A DNA stretch of 64,000 bases from an uncultured Planctomycetales bacterium (lineage in GTDB: Bacteria; Planctomycetota; MHYJ01; JACPRB01): assembly GCA_964619955.1 (NCBI GenBank), contig CAZUJF010000027.1:1134-65133 (forward strand). The letters run 5' to 3'. The position numbers and the translations under genes are program-made. Under the pieces are notes generated by a model. That model ran no database searches and was not told where the DNA came from. It saw only the letters and a program-made list of their open reading frames with translations. Positions within the stretch are counted from its first letter, which is position 1. Each line of letters starts with the position of its first letter. This document shows positions 57,886-64,000 of the stretch, one piece after another.

Positions 57886-58348
57886 GGGCCGCGTAGCCCG
57901 GCAGCGCCGCCGCCCGGAAGTGCTCGAAGATGAGCGAGGTCTCAATGTGCGAGACCAGCTTGTGGTTCGTGAACGCCTCCGCCCCCAGATCTCGCAGCTG
58001 CGCCACGTCCTTCACCGCCACGTGCGCGATGAAGTCGATCGCCCCGCTGACGTGGTAGAGCGCCACCACCTCCGGACGCTTGAGCAGCGCGTCCCGGAAC
58101 GCGTTGAGCTGCGCCTCGTTGTGCCGGCTGAAGCGCACCGAGACCAGCGCCTCCAGCGCGATCCCCAACGCCGCCGGATCCACCTCCGCGTGCGCCCCCT
58201 TCAGGACCCCCGCCCGGCGCAGCCGCCGCACCCGCAGCAGACACGAGGACGGCGCCAGGTCCACCAGCTCCGCGAGCTCCTTGTTCGTCAGCTCCGCGTT
58301 CTTCTGCAGCGTGTCGAGGATCTCGAAGTCCGTTCGGTCCAGGCGCAT
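57857..58348 (-). CDS. Lrp/AsnC family transcriptional regulator
   Basis: LDRTDFEIL..LQ; ELAELVDLAPSSCLLRVRRL; VSGAIDF. Confidence 0.92.
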   Translation of the reverse strand: MRLDRTDFEILDTLQKNAELTNKELAELVDLAPSSCLLRVRRLRRAGVLKGAHAEVDPAALGIALEALVSVRFSRHNEAQLNAFRDALLKRPEVVALYHVSGAIDFIAHVAVKDVAQLRDLGAEAFTNHKLVSHIETSLIFEHFRAAALPGYAAPTTAARGRS

Positions 58349-58458
58349 TCCAGTCTCCAATTATGCATCTTATTCTATATTCTTCATTCTATACGATATT
58401 ATCTACTGTTTTCAGCATTGCTACGGAATGCCGTTAGTCCCCGGTGTTCCATAGCTGC

Positions 58459-59376
58459 ATGGAGCACTTCCCCCCTTCCTCCCGGGTGGCCGCCCGCTGG
58501 CTGCTGCTGGCGAGCCTGCTCTGGGGCGCCAGCTTCTTCTCGATGAAGGCGGGCCTGGACGCGACCGCGCGCCACGCGGGCGAGACGGCGGCGCCCCTGG
58601 TCTTCCTCCTGCTCCGCTTCGGGGTGGCCGCCCTGCTCTTCCCGCTCCTCTTCCCCGCGGCGGTGAAGGGGCTCACGCGGGGGGCGGTCCGGGACGGCCT
58701 CCTGCTCGCCCTGCCCTTCCACGCGGGCTTCCTCCTCCAGGTCTTCGGGCTCGCGCGCATGCCGTCCTCGGTGGCGGCCTTCCTCACGAGCCTCACGGTC
58801 GTGCTGACGCCCGTGCTCGGCCGGCTCTTCTTCCGGGAGCGGCCCACGACCGGGACCTGGATCGGCGCGCTGCTGGCCTTCGGGGGCATCGCCGTGATCT
58901 CCGGGGCGGGCGCCGCCGGGCTCGGCACGGGGGAGTTGCTCACCGCCCTGGGGGCCCTGGCGTTCGCGGCCCACATCCACCTGACGGGCCCGATCACGAG
59001 CCGGCACGCGCCGGAGCCGCTGACCTGGATGCTCTTCGTATCCGGAGTCGCGATCGACGGCGCCGCGGTGGCCGCCCTGCGGGTGCCGCCCTCCGTGCTG
59101 GGCTCCTCGCTGACGGACCCCTCGGTGCTCTGGGCACTGCTCTTCACCGCCACGCTCTGCTCGGTGGCGGCGAACACGATCGTCAACCGGCATCAGAAGT
59201 CGGTGAGCCCGACCGAAGCCGGCGTCATCTACGCGCTGGAACCCCTCTTCGCGGCGGTCCTCGCGGCCGCGTTCGCGGGCGAGCCGTTCACGACCCGGAC
59301 GGCCCTCGGCGGCGCGGCCCTCCTCGCCGGCCAGTGGGCGGCCTCGCGCGGGAAAGCGCCCGAGCCTCGCCCCTGA
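58459..59376 (+). CDS. EamA/DMT family transporter
   Basis: LLWGASF; AAFLTSL.VV.TP; EAGVIYALEPLFA; divergent from the Lrp gene across an AT-rich spacer. Confidence 0.9.
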   Translation: MEHFPPSSRVAARWLLLASLLWGASFFSMKAGLDATARHAGETAAPLVFLLLRFGVAALLFPLLFPAAVKGLTRGAVRDGLLLALPFHAGFLLQVFGLARMPSSVAAFLTSLTVVLTPVLGRLFFRERPTTGTWIGALLAFGGIAVISGAGAAGLGTGELLTALGALAFAAHIHLTGPITSRHAPEPLTWMLFVSGVAIDGAAVAALRVPPSVLGSSLTDPSVLWALLFTATLCSVAANTIVNRHQKSVSPTEAGVIYALEPLFAAVLAAAFAGEPFTTRTALGGAALLAGQWAASRGKAPEPRP

Positions 59377-59403
59377 GCCTTCCGCCTGTTAAATTGCTCC
59401 TGG

Positions 59404-59898
59404 ATGCCGAACCTCATCGTCACCCTGCAGGACAAGCGCGTGGTGTTCCCGGATGGGATCCCGATATGCCTGGCCTGCGGCGGAGAGGTGGCCGGCACCC
59501 GCCGGGTGACCTTCGAGCCGGTGGACGATTTCGTCATGCCCACCCACGCCGGAAAACTCATCTCCCACTTCAGGGCGCTGCGCGAGCGCACCGCCTTCGA
59601 CGCCCCGCTCTGCGAGGCGCATCTCCGACGGGCGGCGGCGCTGGCTTGGAAGGCGCCGCTGCACCTGTTCGGCGGTGCGATCCTCCTCGGCGCCGCCGTG
59701 ATGACCGTGCTTGGACTCAAGCTCGATGAGAAGTCCAAGGCGAGCTGGCTGCTGGCGCTTCCGGGCTTCGTGTGGTTTGCGATCGGCTACTTCACCTGGA
59801 TCGCCAAGGACCGCGGCGGCCTGCCCTGCGAGGCGACCCGACTCGAGGACGGCAGCGTCCTCCTGAAATATCCGGACCCGGATCCCGCCGCCCCCTGA
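59404..59898 (+). CDS. Hypothetical membrane protein with possible Zn ligands
   Basis: CLAC...LCEAH; two TM segments. Confidence 0.6.
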   Translation: MPNLIVTLQDKRVVFPDGIPICLACGGEVAGTRRVTFEPVDDFVMPTHAGKLISHFRALRERTAFDAPLCEAHLRRAAALAWKAPLHLFGGAILLGAAVMTVLGLKLDEKSKASWLLALPGFVWFAIGYFTWIAKDRGGLPCEATRLEDGSVLLKYPDPDPAAP

Positions 59899-59995
59899 GG
59901 CTCCGCCTCCGGGCTACGCTCCCCATTGATCGCCTGGCGGGTTCACTCCCGATACGACCTGTGGTACACTTCGAACGTCCTGAAGGATTGAAGCC

Positions 59996-60226
59996 ATGAC
60001 CCACACCGCCCGGGCGATCCTGAAGCAGGCCCTCCGGCTCGATCCGGTCCAGCGTGCCGAGCTGATCAACAGCCTTTTCCAGAGCTTCGACACGGCTCCG
60101 GACGCCCGGCTGGACGCAGAGTGGGCCACTGAGGCTGAGGATCGTATCGACGCCGCCCGCTCCGGCAGGATCCCTTCGGCTCCCGCCAAGACCGTTTTCG
60201 CCCGGATCGCCAAGTCAAAGCGATGA
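59996..60226 (+). CDS. Addiction module antitoxin (TIGR02574-like)
   Basis: AL.L...QRAEL...L..S.D.....AEW..EAEDR. Confidence 0.8.
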   Translation: MTHTARAILKQALRLDPVQRAELINSLFQSFDTAPDARLDAEWATEAEDRIDAARSGRIPSAPAKTVFARIAKSKR

Positions 60227-60531
60227 ACCTTCGCATCCTTGCCTGCGCTGAGCTCGAATTGACCGAGGCGGTGGACTACTACAACGGCCAGAGCGCGGGG
60301 TTGGGCTTCGAGTTCGCAGCTGAAGTGAAGGCCACGCTGGGCAGGATCGCAGCCTGTCCCGAAGCGTGGCCGGCCTTCTCGAAGCGGTCACGCCGCTGTA
60401 TCGTCACTCGTTTCCCCTACGGCGTTCTCTACCAGGTCAGCGACCGGGACATACTCGTCGTCGCCATCATGCACCTCCGCCGTTCACCCCGGAAGTGGAA
60501 GGCAAGCCTCAAGCGTCCAGACCGGCGCTGA
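60223..60531 (+). CDS. RelE/ParE family toxin
   Basis: AELELTEAVDYY; GLGFEF; RFPYGVLY; VVAIMH; ATGA overlap with the antitoxin. Confidence 0.88.
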   Translation: MNLRILACAELELTEAVDYYNGQSAGLGFEFAAEVKATLGRIAACPEAWPAFSKRSRRCIVTRFPYGVLYQVSDRDILVVAIMHLRRSPRKWKASLKRPDRR

Positions 60532-60607
60532 ACCGCCGTCCACCGCTTTTTCCCTACCTCCCCCACCCCGCGCCTCCTACAATCACCCCCGTAAAAAAGG
60601 AGTCCGT

Positions 60608-63379
60608 ATGAATTCGCTTTCCGCCGCCCTGGCCCTGCTGCTCTCCGCCCAGGACTTCCCCGTCGAGCGCCTCGAAGCTCTGCCCGGCTTCAAGATCGAA
60701 CACGTCCTCAAGGCCGACCCCAAGGCCCACGGCTCCTGGATCAACCTCGCCCGCGATCCCCAGGGCCGGCTCCTCCTCGCCGGACAGCGCGGCCAGCCCC
60801 TCACCCGCCTCACGCTCAAGGACGGCCAGGTCGTGAAGCAGGACGACCTCAAACTCCCCGTCAGCGAAATCATGGGCCTGCTCTGCGCCTTCGACAGCCT
60901 CTACGTCAACGGCATGGGCAAGAACCCCGCCGGCCGCGACGTCTACGGCCTCTTCCGCTGCAAGGACACGAAGGGCGCGGACCAGTACGACCAGGTCGAG
61001 TTCCTCCGCGAATGGAAGGGCGGCTCCGGCGAACACGGCGCCCACGGGATCGTCCTCGGCAACGACGGCAAGCTCTACATCGTCGCCGGCAACTTCACCG
61101 ACATCTCCGCGGACCTGCTCCCGAGTTCGCCCCACCGGAACTACGCGGACGACCGGATCCTTCCTCGCGCGGAGGACGGCAACGGCTTCGGCGCCGGCCG
61201 CAAACCGCCCGGCGGCTGGGTCATCCGTGTCGACCCCGACGGCAAGAACCCCGAGCTCTTCGGCGCCGGCCAGCGCAACACTTACGACATCGCGTTCAAC
61301 GCCAACGGCGACCTCTTCGGCTACGACAGCGACATGGAATGGGACTGGGGCACGCCCTGGTACCGCCCCACGCGTGTCTTCCACATCGCGAGCGGCGCCG
61401 ACCACGGCTTCCGCGAGGGCAGCGCCAAGTGGCCCAACAGCTACGCCGACAGCCTGCCCACGACCGTCGACATCGGCGTCGGCTGCCCCACCGGCGTGCT
61501 CTTCGGCAGCGGCGCCCGTTTCCCCGCGAAATACCAGAAGGCGCTCTACATCCTCGACTGGACCTACGGCCGCCTCATCGCGGTCCACCTCTCCCCCAAA
61601 GGCGCGTCCTACACGGCGACCTGGGAGAACCTCGTGGCCCCTGCCGGCCTCAAGGGCAAGGGACCGAAGACGCCGCTGAACCTCACGGACCTCATCGTGG
61701 GCGCGGACGGCGCGCTCTACTTCACCGTCGGCGGCCGCGGCACGCAGGCCCAGCTCTTCCGCGTGCGCTACGTCGGGACGGAGTCCACCGAGCCCGCCGT
61801 GCTGGCCGACAGCGAGGGTGCCGAGGCCCGGCTCCGCCGCCGCGCGCTGGAGTCCTTCCACGGCAAGGCGGACCCCGCGGGCCTCGAACTCGCCTGGAAG
61901 AACCTCGGTGACGGCGACCGCTTCATCCAGTACGCCGCCCGCATCGCGCTCGAACGCCAGCCCGTCGAGTCCTGGAAGACCCGCGCGCTGGAGGAGACGA
62001 ATCCCCGCGCGGCCCTCGTCGCCCTGCTCGCCCTCGCCCGCGTCGGCGGCGCGGAGGCGCAGCCCGCCCTCCTCAAGGCCCTTGCGCGGATCCCCGCGGC
62101 CGCGCAGACCGTCGACAGGCTCCGCGTGATCCAGGTGAGCGTCGCCCGGCACGGCAGACCCGCCGATGCCGCCGCGCTCGTCGCGGAACTCGACCCGCTC
62201 TACCCCTCGAAGGACGTCCTGCTCAACGCCGAACTCTGCCAGGTCCTGATCGCGCTCGACGCGCCGCAGGCCGTCTCGAAGACGGTCGCCCTGCTCGCGG
62301 CCGCGCCCACGTTCGAGGAGCAGATCGGCTACGTGCTGCACCTGCGCGGCGTCACGAAGGGCTGGACGCCCGAACTCCGCAAGACCGTCTTCGCCTGGTT
62401 CACGAAGGACCGGAACAAGGCGGGGCACAGCGACGAGGTCCTCAAGTGGTTCGAGGACGCCGGCCGCGGCTTTTCCGACGGGGCCAGCCTTCCCAAGTTC
62501 ATCGGAAACCTCCACACCCAGCTGAAGTCCGGCCTCAGCCCCGAAGAAACGACGGCGCTCGCCGACCTGCTCGCCGCGTACGTGCCCCCCGGGCAGAAGC
62601 CCCGGACCCCGGCGAAGGCGCGGGCCTTCGTGAAGGAATGGAAGATGGAGGACCTGCTGCCGGCGCTGGAGGGCGTCGCGAAGGACCGCAACTTCGAACG
62701 CGGCCGCGAGATCTACGCATCCGCCCAGTGCGCCCAGTGCCACAAGTTCGGGAACGAGGGCGGCGCGGTGGGCGCGGAGCTGACGGCGGTGGCGAGCCGC
62801 TACTCGCGCCGCGACATCCTCGAGGCCCTGATCGAACCCTCGAAGGTGATCTCCGAGCAGTACCAGAACACGATGATCCTCACGCACGGCGGCAAGATCC
62901 TCGACGGCCGCGTCCTCGAGGAGAACGCCGAGCGCCTCATCCTGCAGCCCAATCCGCTCCTCCCCGAGAAGATCGAGGTGAAGAAGAAGGACATCGACAA
63001 GCGCGCGGCCTCGAAGGTCTCGCCGATGCCGGCGAACCTGATCAACACCCTCAACAAGAACGAAATCCTGGACCTGCTGGCCTATCTCGAATCCGGAGGA
63101 AAGAAGGACTTCCCCGCATTCGCCTCCATGAGAAAGGCCTCCGACGTGACCGACACGGTCGCGGCGAAGCTGAAGAACAACCGCCTCAGCATCGAGGCGA
63201 GCAACGACGCGTTCGGGGGGGACCCCGCACCCGGCGAAGTGAAGCGCCTCAAGGTCGAGTACCTCGAGGGCGGCGAAGCGCGCGTCAAGCTCGTGGGCGA
63301 GAACGCGACGCTGGAGCTCCAGGCGCCCGAAGGCAAGAAATTGAGCATCACGAAGGCGGTCTACGGCGTATTTCCATAA
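60608..63379 (+). CDS. PVC-type membrane-bound dehydrogenase-like protein (beta-propeller, HEAT repeats, cytochrome c)
   Basis: GEHGAHG; RNTYDIAF; DSDMEWD.GTPWYRPTR; heme motif CAQCH; SPMP axial Met; extra C-terminal NDAFGGDPAPG domain. Confidence 0.85.
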   Translation: MNSLSAALALLLSAQDFPVERLEALPGFKIEHVLKADPKAHGSWINLARDPQGRLLLAGQRGQPLTRLTLKDGQVVKQDDLKLPVSEIMGLLCAFDSLYVNGMGKNPAGRDVYGLFRCKDTKGADQYDQVEFLREWKGGSGEHGAHGIVLGNDGKLYIVAGNFTDISADLLPSSPHRNYADDRILPRAEDGNGFGAGRKPPGGWVIRVDPDGKNPELFGAGQRNTYDIAFNANGDLFGYDSDMEWDWGTPWYRPTRVFHIASGADHGFREGSAKWPNSYADSLPTTVDIGVGCPTGVLFGSGARFPAKYQKALYILDWTYGRLIAVHLSPKGASYTATWENLVAPAGLKGKGPKTPLNLTDLIVGADGALYFTVGGRGTQAQLFRVRYVGTESTEPAVLADSEGAEARLRRRALESFHGKADPAGLELAWKNLGDGDRFIQYAARIALERQPVESWKTRALEETNPRAALVALLALARVGGAEAQPALLKALARIPAAAQTVDRLRVIQVSVARHGRPADAAALVAELDPLYPSKDVLLNAELCQVLIALDAPQAVSKTVALLAAAPTFEEQIGYVLHLRGVTKGWTPELRKTVFAWFTKDRNKAGHSDEVLKWFEDAGRGFSDGASLPKFIGNLHTQLKSGLSPEETTALADLLAAYVPPGQKPRTPAKARAFVKEWKMEDLLPALEGVAKDRNFERGREIYASAQCAQCHKFGNEGGAVGAELTAVASRYSRRDILEALIEPSKVISEQYQNTMILTHGGKILDGRVLEENAERLILQPNPLLPEKIEVKKKDIDKRAASKVSPMPANLINTLNKNEILDLLAYLESGGKKDFPAFASMRKASDVTDTVAAKLKNNRLSIEASNDAFGGDPAPGEVKRLKVEYLEGGEARVKLVGENATLELQAPEGKKLSITKAVYGVFP

Positions 63380-63428
63380 CGATGGAGGCACGCCGCGGGT
63401 ACCATGAGTCCCCTTGGAGGATGAAGCC

Positions 63429-64000
63429 ATGAGCAAGAAGAGCCTGTCCCGCCGCCAGTTCCTGGGATCCGCCGCGGCCGTCGCGGCCCCGATGATCGTG
63501 CCCGCGTCCGTGTTCGGACGCCCGGGCCGCCCCGCCCCCGCCGACCGCATCACGATGGCCCTCATCGGCTGCGGCGGGCAGGGCAACTCCGACATGGGCG
63601 GCTTCCTCAACATCGCGGAGGCCCAGGTCGTGGCCGTCTGCGACGTGGACAGCTCCAAGGCGGAGGGCTCCAAGAAGCGCGTCGAGGACAGCTACACCAA
63701 GAAGAACGACAAGGACTTCAAGGGCGTCACCGTCTTCAAGGACTACCGCGAACTCTGCGCGCGGAAGGACATCGACGCGGTCATCGTCGCCACGCCGGAC
63801 CACTGGCACTACCTCACCGCGGTGACGGCCGTGCGCGCGGGCAAACACGTCTACGGCGAGAAGCCGATCACGCGCACCTACCCCGAGGCCAAGAAGCTGG
63901 TCGAGGAGGTCAAGAAACACGGCGTGACCTGGCAGACGGGAAGCCAGCAGCGCTCGGAGTTCAAGTTCCGGCGCGCGGCGGAAATCGTCCGCAACGGGCT
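63429..64000 (+). CDS. Tat-exported Gfo/Idh/MocA oxidoreductase, truncated by the window end
   Basis: MSKKSLSRRQFL; IGCGGQG; ATPDHWH; GEKP; QTGSQQRS. Confidence 0.88.
   Translation, partial: MSKKSLSRRQFLGSAAAVAAPMIVPASVFGRPGRPAPADRITMALIGCGGQGNSDMGGFLNIAEAQVVAVCDVDSSKAEGSKKRVEDSYTKKNDKDFKGVTVFKDYRELCARKDIDAVIVATPDHWHYLTAVTAVRAGKHVYGEKPITRTYPEAKKLVEEVKKHGVTWQTGSQQRSEFKFRRAAEIVRNG

Overview
Very GC-rich bacterial chromosomal segment. It is probably from a Planctomycetota/PVC lineage, inferred from Tat-exported Gfo/Idh/MocA oxidoreductases, a PVC-type heme c/beta-propeller protein, DUF1080, an FGE-sulfatase-sialidase fusion and the TIGR03936-rne-rplU order. The housekeeping backbone is thrC-hom-lysC; gspC-like, pilT/U, obgE, rplU, rne and a secretin; trpG and an enoyl-ACP reductase; an Opp-type ABC locus; and a long minus-strand block glmU-prs-rplY-pth-rpsF-ssb-rpsR-rplI-dnaB...murQ-anmK. 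An accessory zone (about 40.1-51.0 kb) carries a VapBC-type TA pair, a second ssb, two ORF6N genes flanking a CapRel-like gene, and three small paralogs. The right end has an ApbE/FMN-bind/NapGH-like module, an Lrp-EamA pair and a RelE/ParE TA pair. No tRNA, rRNA, CRISPR array, integrase or transposase was recognised. Most notable observations: (1) two circularly permuted OppA lipoproteins beside a canonical-order copy; (2) an unannotated membrane-anchored UxxC selenoprotein with a SECIS-like hairpin; (3) a fused CapRel-like anti-phage gene between ORF6N paralogs; (4) a GTYACR-N3-YGTRAC palindrome inside both ORF6N genes and in a twice-repeated intergenic element; (5) three small possible Sm/Hfq-like paralogs; (6) a catalytically stripped NagZ-like ORF in a murein-recycling cluster; (7) an exact in-frame 249-bp tandem duplication. 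All family calls come from motif recognition by eye; no searches were run.
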